Shown here in pieces: positions 39,505-48,141 of a stretch of DNA of 64,000 nucleotides; positions within the stretch are counted from its first letter, which is position 1; each line of letters opens with the position of its first letter. The position numbers and the translations under genes were made by a program. The stretch comes from a virus. Its lineage: Duplodnaviria; Caudoviricetes. The stretch is taken from positions 32,001 through 96,000 of IMG/VR virus record IMGVR_UViG_3300009716_000731; one strand, 5' to 3'. The notes beneath the pieces were generated by a model that saw nothing but the letters and a program-made list of their open reading frames with translations, had not been told where the DNA came from and did no database searches.

Positions 39505-39786
39505 ATGGCAACTATAACTAAAACAAAAACAAAATCAAAGGTACAAAGTATTCTTTCTAAACCTTATCGTCTTATATTGCATAATGATGATTATAATACT
39601 TTTTCACATGTTATTGAATCATTAGTTAAAATTTGTAAACATGATTATACTCAGGCTGAACAATGTGCTAATATAATTCATTTTAATGGTAAATGTGATG
39701 TTAAATATGGAGATTATGAAACTATAAGTGACATGTTAGATAAGTTAAGAAATCTTGGTTTATGTGCGACCATGGAGTCTAACTAA
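39505..39786 (+). CDS. clpS: Clp protease adaptor ClpS
   Basis: LILHNDDYNTFSHVIESL...AEQCA.IIHFNGKCDVK. Confidence 0.93.
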   Translation: MATITKTKTKSKVQSILSKPYRLILHNDDYNTFSHVIESLVKICKHDYTQAEQCANIIHFNGKCDVKYGDYETISDMLDKLRNLGLCATMESN

Positions 39787-39864
39787 TATATCTATTAAAG
39801 TTTCTTGGGGTTGTATAGTATTCTTTAGAATTTAATATAAATTTTAACTTTTTACTAGTTCCGT

Positions 39865-40032
39865 ACAATATTAATTTCTGGTCCAACTACAGGAAATCAA
39901 GAATTGATTTTGGAGAAAATGTTTGTCAACGGAAAAGAAAATTCAATTGCAAAAGTTGGTGATAAAGTAACTTTTGAAGTTCCTTTCCGAGTAAGATTGT
40001 CAGATAAATTATTTAAAATTATCAGCTTTTAA
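39865..40032 (+). pseudogene. Start-less fragment resembling the C-terminus of a Bacteroidota U32 peptidase
   Basis: TILISGPTTGNQE...AKVGDKVTFEVPFRVRLSDKLFKI*; in-frame TAG just upstream; the only internal ATG lies downstream of the GPTTG motif. Confidence 0.65.
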
Positions 40033-40092
40033 ATCAATGCGTAACTACAAATGGTAATACTTTTTGGATCAATTGTATTATCTTTTGCTTAT

Positions 40093-42303
40093 TTATTTAC
40101 CAAACCAACTATTGTTATTGTTTCTTGATTTGTTTATATATTGTCTTCTAACTTTTAATAATTGACTATAATCTACTGTTTCTGAGTATTCTAAGCTTCT
40201 TAAACACTCATTTACATATGTTTTGAAGTTTGAATCTTTATCCAATAAATCTTCACACATTTCTTTGAAGTCATTCTTATTAAATACTGATGTAGCATTT
40301 ACAATTGTCATAACACAGTCGTCATGTCCAACATCAGCAGCATATCTAGTATTACCAGATGTCGTTGTTTGTTTAACAAAAGTTGTAATTTCTCTAATCG
40401 TTTCTTCATTATTGATAGAAAATCCTTTAGAAATCATCAAATCTTGATAATCTTTAACCATCATATTTTTATTATCCCCAACTTTTAGACCAACTTTTTC
40501 TTCGGTTGCATCAACTCGATGTTTATATCTAAAGAATATAGAAGAACCATAATCATTATTCCCATCAAAAACATGTGGCATCTCTGCTAAAAGAGTATTA
40601 CCATAGTTATTTAACTCTAAAACAATCTTTACATTTTCTGGATTTAAGTAATCATAAGCTAAAACATATAATAATTCAGCTAGCTGTTTAACTGATACTA
40701 AGTTACTTCTAAATAAACCAACTTGCTCTAACCTAAAGAAATCTGTTATTGACTTATATTTCATTTTTTGTTGCTCAATTAGATCAGTTGACTTTTTGAC
40801 AAGCTTAAATATATTTATAATAGAGTAATCTTGTCCTAAACCTTCTGATATATCGACTGAAAGTATAAATTTTTCATTTTTTCTATTGATAGGCATAAAT
40901 AAATCATCATCATCTACCCATCTTAAATCTTTATAACTAAATCTTAATTTACTTTCAAACTCATGCATTTCTTCAAATACATAATTCTTTTTACTATTAA
41001 GTAAGTTTTCAATTATCGCTTCACTTAGTAATGATTTACTTGAGTTTATAAATCTCAAACCATATTCTTGGTTGAATGCATCTTCACCACCAATATCTTT
41101 AATAGCTTCTTCTTTCCAAGTTGTTAGCTCTGCAATAGCTCTAATTGGTGTTTCTAATCCTTTTGAGTCTATGAATGATAAAGATTTTACATCTTCGTCA
41201 GTACATTGTTCATTGTTAAATACAGAAATTACATTTTTTTGTAAATCCATATTAAATCCCATTTTTAATTTAGTTTTATCACCAAAGTAACCATTTACTA
41301 AATCATATATATGTTCTTTTGTTACGCCATATTCATATAATTTATGTTCATTTAATCTTATGTAAGTAACAAAACGACCAGGAACTTGATGCCAATAAAC
41401 CCTCATTGGTTTATAGTTGTTTTTAAGTGGATCACCATCTGGTCTTTCTGCATCGGTTAGTAACTTATGAAATAAGTTCATACCGTTTGGTGTGGAAGTA
41501 ATAATAATTTTTGAGTTTTGTACCGCTGATACTGTTGGAAAAGCAGCAGTATAGTAAGGTTCAATAATATTTGAAGGAATGTGAGCAAACTCATCAAGAT
41601 AAAGTACGTCAATCGTAAAACCGATCGCAGGAGTTTTAGATCTTGCTGATGTTTTTATTCTACAACCATTCTCAAATGTTAGTGATTTTTGATTCCAAGT
41701 TTTAATTCCTGGTTTTAAGAAGAAAGGTAAAAGTGTATAGATTGATTTAATTTTATCAACAATCTCAACTGCTGTATCACCTTTATTCGCCACAATCATT
41801 ATATTTTTATCATTGTTAAATAAGATTGTATGCAACATGAATATTGCTGATGAGATAGTATTGTGTGATAAAATACCATTTGTGAAAAATCTATGATTTT
41901 GATGATCCACAGTTAAGTCAAACATAGAAGACTTAAAACTATCTCTATGTATAGAGATCACTTCTTGTATACCATTTTCTGTTTGTATTAAGTTACCTAT
42001 TGTTAAATTTTTGGTAAATATCTCATTGAATTTTTCATCAAATAGTATATGATTATCCGCACATGATAATTCAAAATCTTTGGTTTTCACTATATAATGT
42101 CTATATGGTTGTGTTATATGTATATTTGATACCTGTTCATAACCAGTATCAGTTTTAACCTTCATGTCCATTGTGGACAGTGAATTTAATATCTTTTTAG
42201 ATATATCATCCTCATTTAGTGATATATCTCTATATTCATATTTTTCTATTAAAAAAATTAACTTCTTAATTGTAAATATTAAGAGTTTTTTAATATTAAA
42301 CAT
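40093..42303 (-). CDS. terL: Terminase large subunit C-terminal part, preceded by C-intein
   Basis: GILSHN|TISSA; Walker B YLDEFA, ITSTPNG, FNQEY, VDISEGLGQDYS, HDDCVM. Confidence 0.93.
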   Translation of the reverse strand: MFNIKKLLIFTIKKLIFLIEKYEYRDISLNEDDISKKILNSLSTMDMKVKTDTGYEQVSNIHITQPYRHYIVKTKDFELSCADNHILFDEKFNEIFTKNLTIGNLIQTENGIQEVISIHRDSFKSSMFDLTVDHQNHRFFTNGILSHNTISSAIFMLHTILFNNDKNIMIVANKGDTAVEIVDKIKSIYTLLPFFLKPGIKTWNQKSLTFENGCRIKTSARSKTPAIGFTIDVLYLDEFAHIPSNIIEPYYTAAFPTVSAVQNSKIIITSTPNGMNLFHKLLTDAERPDGDPLKNNYKPMRVYWHQVPGRFVTYIRLNEHKLYEYGVTKEHIYDLVNGYFGDKTKLKMGFNMDLQKNVISVFNNEQCTDEDVKSLSFIDSKGLETPIRAIAELTTWKEEAIKDIGGEDAFNQEYGLRFINSSKSLLSEAIIENLLNSKKNYVFEEMHEFESKLRFSYKDLRWVDDDDLFMPINRKNEKFILSVDISEGLGQDYSIINIFKLVKKSTDLIEQQKMKYKSITDFFRLEQVGLFRSNLVSVKQLAELLYVLAYDYLNPENVKIVLELNNYGNTLLAEMPHVFDGNNDYGSSIFFRYKHRVDATEEKVGLKVGDNKNMMVKDYQDLMISKGFSINNEETIREITTFVKQTTTSGNTRYAADVGHDDCVMTIVNATSVFNKNDFKEMCEDLLDKDSNFKTYVNECLRSLEYSETVDYSQLLKVRRQYINKSRNNNNSWFGK
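41860..42303 (-). mobile_element. Split intein C-terminal half (148 aa)
   Basis: CADNHILF (block B), MFDLTV (block F), FFTNGILSHN (block G), +1 Thr. Confidence 0.9.
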
Positions 42304-43267
42304 TTTTTAATTGTTTCTTTTTTAGTATAAAATTAACAGTTTTAAGAATTGTTAATTCTTTATTATTGATATATTCTTTTTCACTAATATGTAATACAGT
42401 GTAACCTGATTTTTTAATATTTTCATCTCTTCTTCTTTCTCTTTCTTTATTCTCTGTTGTATTTCTATGATAATAAGTCCCATCAAATTCTAAAATTAGT
42501 TCTAAGCTAGGAATGAAAAAGTCCGGTAATATATATGATTTATTCAGTTTTAGTCTATATTCGTAGTTTTTTTTGCTATCATGTATATTATTATCATTAT
42601 CAAGTTTCGCAAAATATACCTTATCCGTAAACCCAATATTTAATAGTTCTTTATAAATGTTAATAAACAATTCTTGACTTATTTTGCTGTAGTTTACCTT
42701 TTGGTAATTATTTAACCATTTTTCTTGTCTATCCATCCATCTTTTGTATCCATCAACTTCACCATATTTTTTAATACATTTCTCAAGAGTAAATGTTGAT
42801 TGTCTTTCGCTAAGCATTTTCTTAGAAGTTTCTTCATCAAATCCTTTATCTAGATAATATTTTAATGTTGTATTAGAAACCCTATCTTTAATTATATCTT
42901 TTACAAAAGAACTTATATGTTCTTTTGTATTTTCAATTTCTTTATAATTAATAAAATCTTTAGAAAAGGGACTTCTACTTTTTCTTTCTATTTCAGTAGT
43001 GTTATTTTTATGATTAGGATTTTTTTCTCCTTTTATCTTTTCTGAAAACAAGTTCTTGTATTTTTCTGTTTTCATATGTTTTCCTGAATTTTTAGCAGTT
43101 TTTTCTTTATCTGATGATGTCATTATTGGTGCATTTGGATATAGTTTTTTATATTCATCTGTTGTCATATTATTGTGACTAAATTTTAGATGTCTGCCAT
43201 AAATTCTTTTACATTGCTCACCACATATCCTACAAGTTATACTATCAGTTGTATCTTTTATTTCCAT
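42296..43267 (-). CDS. Free-standing Vsr/DUF559-like homing endonuclease between the split terL halves
   Basis: N-terminal CRIC...H...H; LPDFF...LEFDGTYYH...RDE. Confidence 0.88.
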   Translation of the reverse strand: MEIKDTTDSITCRICGEQCKRIYGRHLKFSHNNMTTDEYKKLYPNAPIMTSSDKEKTAKNSGKHMKTEKYKNLFSEKIKGEKNPNHKNNTTEIERKSRSPFSKDFINYKEIENTKEHISSFVKDIIKDRVSNTTLKYYLDKGFDEETSKKMLSERQSTFTLEKCIKKYGEVDGYKRWMDRQEKWLNNYQKVNYSKISQELFINIYKELLNIGFTDKVYFAKLDNDNNIHDSKKNYEYRLKLNKSYILPDFFIPSLELILEFDGTYYHRNTTENKERERRRDENIKKSGYTVLHISEKEYINNKELTILKTVNFILKKKQLKNV

Positions 43268-43296
43268 AATTTATTTTTTATTTATATATTAAATAT

Positions 43297-43485
43297 TTAT
43301 GGCTTCCTTTCAGGTTGGTTAATGTTTTCTAAATAAAATAAAATATCATATAACTTTATTTTGACTTTTTCTAATAAAGAAAGTTTTCTTTCTTGTTTTA
43401 ATATATAATAATATAGTTTACCTACTCTGAAATCAATTTGAATTCCATTTTTTTCTATACTACATATTGAATTAAATGAAAAACA
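43297..43485 (-). mobile_element. Split intein N-terminal half (62 aa)
   Basis: Cys1 immediately after Walker A GK: CFSFNSICSIEKNG... Confidence 0.85.
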
Positions 43486-43836
43486 TTTTCCAACTTGCCT
43501 ACTCGCCATTAAGATATTAAATCTATTTTTTACAAAGTTTTCTAGTATTTCTTCTTGATAATCTCTTAGTTGTATATGATCAATTGAACCATCTTCTGTT
43601 TTTACCTTACAGTACTTTTCTGTGAAGTAATCTACGTTTAAGGCACATTTTATATATTCTTCTTGTTCTTCTGGTGACATTCTAAAAGAAACACCAGCTC
43701 TTCTCAAACCTACTTCGGACTTTAACCAAGGGTTCTGAAACCTCTTAATAACTATACCGTCATTGATCTTATCGGTTGCTTCATCAACAAGTCTAGTAGT
43801 AAAGACCATTTGTCTTTCTTGTTCTTGTTTAGCCAT
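43297..43836 (-). CDS. terL: Terminase large subunit N-terminal part, fused to N-intein
   Basis: EEYIKCA...YF.EKYC, LRDYQ, MASRQVGK|CFSF. Confidence 0.92.
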   Translation of the reverse strand: MAKQEQERQMVFTTRLVDEATDKINDGIVIKRFQNPWLKSEVGLRRAGVSFRMSPEEQEEYIKCALNVDYFTEKYCKVKTEDGSIDHIQLRDYQEEILENFVKNRFNILMASRQVGKCFSFNSICSIEKNGIQIDFRVGKLYYYILKQERKLSLLEKVKIKLYDILFYLENINQPERKP

Positions 43837-43905
43837 AGGAGTATTTATTTTTTTATATATATTGTAAAAAACCATCTACATATGTCAAAACAAGAACAAG
43901 AAAGA
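43813..43905. repeat. Perfect 18-bp inverted repeat enclosing the divergent promoter and both ATGs
   Basis: TCTTTCTTGTTCTTGTTT (43813-43830) and AAACAAGAACAAGAAAGA (43888-43905). Confidence 0.85.
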
Positions 43906-44505
43906 ATTAGATTACAAGATGAGTTCGATCAAATACAATCAGAAAACTCTGAATTTGATATATCAAAGCACTTAGCAAGACCTGAGGATTTACCTGATTT
44001 AGGTGAAATTGAGCTTTATGATTACGATGCTGATTTAACTGTTTCGATGCAACAATCAATGGGTGTATTGGAGTCGTTAGTTGATTTATATTTAAGTGAT
44101 ATACCTAAACTTAAAGATCACAATTATATAAAAAATAAAATGCGTGAAGATGCTACTGTTTATGCAGAAGCGCTTTTTTTAGCTAAAATGACTAGAAAAA
44201 ACTTTTTATCACAATTAAAACAAGTTGATAATGGTGATAATGCTGCTAGAATGCACGAGGTTGTCAATCAAACAATTGGTCAGATTAGAGAGAATAGTAA
44301 ATTCCTTTTAACACAAAGAACTGAACTTGAAAAGTTTTATAAGACTTTAAGAAAAGACTTAGGTTATAATGAAATTGAGAATCCAGAAGTTAAGAAAGCA
44401 GAAGAACAACAAAATTCAGAAGAAAGTAATGATGGAATGGTTATGGATAATAGAAAGCTTAATGATTTAATTAAGAACGCTATGGTTAAAAAAGACGAGA
44501 AATAA
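43882..44505 (+). CDS. Helical protein divergent from terL (small terminase candidate)
   Basis: Position and helical composition; C-terminal DNRKLNDLIK; starts MSKQEQER. Confidence 0.55.
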   Translation: MSKQEQERIRLQDEFDQIQSENSEFDISKHLARPEDLPDLGEIELYDYDADLTVSMQQSMGVLESLVDLYLSDIPKLKDHNYIKNKMREDATVYAEALFLAKMTRKNFLSQLKQVDNGDNAARMHEVVNQTIGQIRENSKFLLTQRTELEKFYKTLRKDLGYNEIENPEVKKAEEQQNSEESNDGMVMDNRKLNDLIKNAMVKKDEK

Positions 44506-44506
44506 T

Positions 44507-44617
44507 ATGCCACTACCGCATTATCCCAATCCACAGGGATTTAATTGGAGTCCTAAGTTCAAGAAAATACTTAGAATTAAGAAGATTAAGAGAATTATAG
44601 AGAAACTTGAAAAATAA
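44507..44617 (+). CDS. 36-aa mini-ORF MPLPHYPNPQG...LRIKKIKRIIEKLEK
   Basis: Manual translation; starts 1 nt after the upstream stop. Confidence 0.5.
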   Translation: MPLPHYPNPQGFNWSPKFKKILRIKKIKRIIEKLEK

Positions 44618-45054
44618 TATTTATGTCAATTAATTTATAGTTTATCAAATTGTCACTTATTATATTTTCAGAGTCCATATCTATATTTATTCTGTTTGTT
44701 CTGGATTGATATCCTACTGTATTGGAAGGAGTTTCACAAAAAAATATCAAGTATAGTATATTCATTATTCATGAATGATATAAATGGTATAAAGTTATCT
44801 CTTATATCAAACCAGTCAAATACTTCAGTTCTGCCTGAAAATATACTTTTATTACCTTTAGTTATTTTTAACTTATAGATATTGCTAGTAATGTTATTTA
44901 TTGATTTAGCCTTTATCTTAGCTTCTGATGTTCCCCAGCTATTAACATCTATGTTAAAATCTTCGTCTATTAAGCTAGCGAGTAAATCACTAAATAATGA
45001 TTGAAGATCTTTTTCAGTTTCTGTATTTTCGTTAAAATTTCTTAAATAAATCAT
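44595..45054 (-). pseudogene. CTS-tagged protein related to 47067, apparently frameshifted in a T7 run
   Basis: Starts MIYLRNFNE; stop at 44734; removing one T opens 46 more codons to TAA 44595. Confidence 0.5.
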
Positions 45055-45892
45055 AATGGAAGCTTTCAAATTTTCTAACAATATTTCTCCATTGAAGTTC
45101 AACTTTAGAATCAATGAATATGTTTGCTTTATTGAATGTTACTTGTTTTATAATAATTTCACACTCTTTATCTTTTATTGTGGTTCTTATTTGTTCTTTA
45201 AGTGCTTCTTCGGTATTATTTACTAAGAAGTGAAGAGTATCGTTTGCATTCATTAGCATTTTAACTGTATTAGCATCATCTTCATATAAAGTAACTCCGT
45301 CATATCTTTCTACTTCTTCATTAATAAACTTATTATCTTCTATCTTTAGACCAATTAAAAACTGAAGAAGTAATTTTGTTTTAGCATTTACAATCTCTGC
45401 TTTATCTTTATTATAGAATGTTTCAGAAATAAAGAAATATTTCTTTATAGAAAGACCAAGTTCTTTTATCTTATCTTCAAGTTTTTCAATTATTGGTTCA
45501 TAAGCTTTTTTACTATTCTTTGAACAAATAATAAAAATATCATCTTGTGTATTTTTTAAGTGTCTAATATTTTCAATATGTATTTGATAGTCACCTTTTT
45601 CTATTATTTCTGGATTCATAAACTCTTGCATAGAAAATGCTAAATCCGCAATATTAGCTTTTTTATTTTTACAAGATACCTTTAGATTATTATAAATTTC
45701 TTCACTAATCCAGTAATCGTTACCTGATAATTTAATCTTAATATTAAAGTTTTTATAAACACCTTTCTTAATTAAATTAAACTCATGTTTTGAGATTCTT
45801 AATAATGGCGTATTTGGATTAGTATTTTCTACAATCCAAACTTTACTATTTATTGTAATTAAAGTATTTAAGTCAAAAAAGTGAGCATTCAT
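45032..45892 (-). CDS. Hypothetical protein, HAD-like remnants
   Basis: HFFDLN, IFIICS, LYEDD. Confidence 0.65.
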   Translation of the reverse strand: MNAHFFDLNTLITINSKVWIVENTNPNTPLLRISKHEFNLIKKGVYKNFNIKIKLSGNDYWISEEIYNNLKVSCKNKKANIADLAFSMQEFMNPEIIEKGDYQIHIENIRHLKNTQDDIFIICSKNSKKAYEPIIEKLEDKIKELGLSIKKYFFISETFYNKDKAEIVNAKTKLLLQFLIGLKIEDNKFINEEVERYDGVTLYEDDANTVKMLMNANDTLHFLVNNTEEALKEQIRTTIKDKECEIIIKQVTFNKANIFIDSKVELQWRNIVRKFESFHYDLFKKF

Positions 45893-45893
45893 T

Positions 45894-46109
45894 TTAATAC
45901 CATTTTTTTATTTTATATGAGAACATTACTGGAGAACCTTGATATGAGTCTTCATTTTCATATTTTTTATCTGTCCAAGTAACTTGTGGAGCATCTCTAA
46001 AGCATTTAGGACACATTTTGGGTGGTAATCCATCAACCATATTTTCTTCTTTATATACAAATGTTGCTTTACACCATACATTAGTACAAACTGATTTTAA
46101 TTCTTCCAT
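45894..46109 (-). CDS. Small Zn-finger protein
   Basis: CTNVWC...CPKC. Confidence 0.6.
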   Translation of the reverse strand: MEELKSVCTNVWCKATFVYKEENMVDGLPPKMCPKCFRDAPQVTWTDKKYENEDSYQGSPVMFSYKIKKWY

Positions 46110-46158
46110 ATAGTATATATAAAAAAATAAAACCACTTAGTGTGGTTTTATTTTATTT

Positions 46159-46614
46159 TTATCTTACTAAATTTTTACTAAGTGCAAACTCATATAGTGT
46201 TGGTAAATTTAGATATTCTAAAAAGTATTTTCTTATATCATCTAAGTTTTTAGCTCTTTTTATAATATTTACTATTAAGAAACCAAATTCTTCTTGAAAA
46301 TCTAAGTAACAGTCACACCAAGGTGTGTTATAATGTTCTAAAGACTTCCATTCAGCATCACCACCTGTTAGCCAGTATAAGCTTTTTTCTGGTGTTATGC
46401 TATCAATATCAATTTCTCTTAACTCTATATTCCAAATTGGATTTGTTTTATCATATTTTCTTATTAAAATAGAAACCGCTTCTGCTAAATCTGTTGTTAA
46501 TTCCTTACCAATTTCAAAGAACCATTCGTTTCCCTCCCTACTAATTTTTATTTTATTATCATTATAAATTACTTTAGTTCCGATTCTTTCTAGTAAAGTT
46601 TTTTTCTTTCTCAT
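46159..46614 (-). CDS. Hypothetical protein
   Basis: 151-aa ORF followed by a terminator. Confidence 0.7.
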   Translation of the reverse strand: MRKKKTLLERIGTKVIYNDNKIKISREGNEWFFEIGKELTTDLAEAVSILIRKYDKTNPIWNIELREIDIDSITPEKSLYWLTGGDAEWKSLEHYNTPWCDCYLDFQEEFGFLIVNIIKRAKNLDDIRKYFLEYLNLPTLYEFALSKNLVR

Positions 46615-46634
46615 TGTTCTTTGATTATTTTTAT

Positions 46635-46925
46635 TTAGATTGGTTTATTCAAACCGCTCTTCCATTTCCCCTTGAAGGTTCCATTTTCCCAAATACCATT
46701 TTCCCAGTTTCCATAGAACCCACCGTTCTTAAATATACCGTAATGCCAATTACCATACTTAAATATTCCTTCGTGCCAAATTAATGTGTTATGTTTGATT
46801 TCTATAATAGCTGACTCTATTTCTGAGTCGATTAACCAGAATAGTTTATTATCTTTCAAAACTTTTAAGATTTCAGATTTAGTAGTTAAAGACTTATTGT
46901 TATACTTTAATTCTTTTATTCCCAT
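46635..46925 (-). CDS. Small protein with [WF]xxG pentapeptide-like repeats
   Basis: WHEGIFKYGNWHYGIFKNG...WENGIWENGTF. Confidence 0.7.
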   Translation of the reverse strand: MGIKELKYNNKSLTTKSEILKVLKDNKLFWLIDSEIESAIIEIKHNTLIWHEGIFKYGNWHYGIFKNGGFYGNWENGIWENGTFKGKWKSGLNKPI

Positions 46926-47066
46926 TTTGTAATTTATTTTACAGTTATATATATTTTTTAGCTTTGTATAATAATTTTAAGTATCTTAAAAAATTAAGTA
47001 AAAAAACGGATTTTTTATGTTAAATTTTTTCAAAAAAAATAAAAACTGAGTTTAATGCTCGGTTTT

Positions 47067-47567
47067 TTACATAATTTTTATTATAAAGTAAATGCTATCA
47101 ACTTTTTTACTATCTTTTAACTCTTCAAAATCTTCTAATTTTATTTTAGTTATTTCTTTATCTTCTGTAAATTTAATTAGATGCTCAACATCATCATAAG
47201 TTTTCTCAATTAACTGTATAATTAAACTTATAAAGTCTTTTACTTCGGATATTTTTATTGATTCACCATCTTGTCTTGTAATTTTAACTTTATAAATAGT
47301 TTTATATTTACCTCTATTGATATCCTCTTCATCTTTATAAACATCACTTTCATTAAAAATAACATTTATGTTATAAACATCATCATCTGATTTATATCTA
47401 ACATTATTTTTGATAAGTTTAGACATTTCTAAATCTGGGAAATCATCTGATAATTGAGGTTTTAACTCTAAAAGTAAATTAGCTAGATCTAGAACATCTT
47501 GAGTATCAAGATCTTGATCTTCCTTAATTTTACCGGAGAATTTCTCGAATGCTTTTATAATTTTCAT
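47067..47567 (-). CDS. Hypothetical protein with CTS-like tag
   Basis: Starts MKIIKAFEKF. Confidence 0.7.
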   Translation of the reverse strand: MKIIKAFEKFSGKIKEDQDLDTQDVLDLANLLLELKPQLSDDFPDLEMSKLIKNNVRYKSDDDVYNINVIFNESDVYKDEEDINRGKYKTIYKVKITRQDGESIKISEVKDFISLIIQLIEKTYDDVEHLIKFTEDKEITKIKLEDFEELKDSKKVDSIYFIIKIM

Positions 47568-47595
47568 ATAGTATATATAAAAAAAGCAGAGTTAA

Positions 47596-48141
47596 TTACT
47601 CTGCTAATTTATCTAAAAATTCTTTTTCTTCTTTTGTTAGTGAATTAATACCACTCTCATTTATTTTATCTAATATACTATCTAAATCTAAAGTATCTAA
47701 AGTTTGCGTCTCACTTTGTATTTTATTTTGAAAATTATTTTTCATATAAAAAGTGTCATTCTCTACTACTATATTATTTTCTATGAATCTATCTAGGCTT
47801 TCCAATCTTATTGTAGGAAATCCATTAACAAATCTTAAGTATTTAGCACAAGTTAAAAGATCTTTTTTAATCTTTTTTGGTTTTACTGGTTCCATCTTTG
47901 TAAGCATTTTTAGTTCTTTGGAGGTATAACCTTTTACTCCATTACCTTGTACAAGTATAATGTCTTTGTTTCCGTAAAATAACACTCTTCCGGTTTTAGT
48001 CTCTACCCATAAATAATCAGTAACATCTTTCATCCCATAAAGAATGCCAAAATCTAAACCATATTCAAGTGATATTGAAAATAGTTGTAAATCATTTACA
48101 CGAAAACTAATACATATAATGTCTTTTGCGTTATAAGCCAT
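47596..48141 (-). CDS. Protein with C-terminal DUF6576-like helix pair
   Basis: LDSILDKINESGINSLTKEEKEFL. Confidence 0.7.
   Translation of the reverse strand: MAYNAKDIICISFRVNDLQLFSISLEYGLDFGILYGMKDVTDYLWVETKTGRVLFYGNKDIILVQGNGVKGYTSKELKMLTKMEPVKPKKIKKDLLTCAKYLRFVNGFPTIRLESLDRFIENNIVVENDTFYMKNNFQNKIQSETQTLDTLDLDSILDKINESGINSLTKEEKEFLDKLAE

Noticed and set aside
42296-43297. Group I intron interrupting terL
   Set aside because: There is almost no non-coding space for a ribozyme core, and intein splice junctions (Cys1, HN|T) explain the break.
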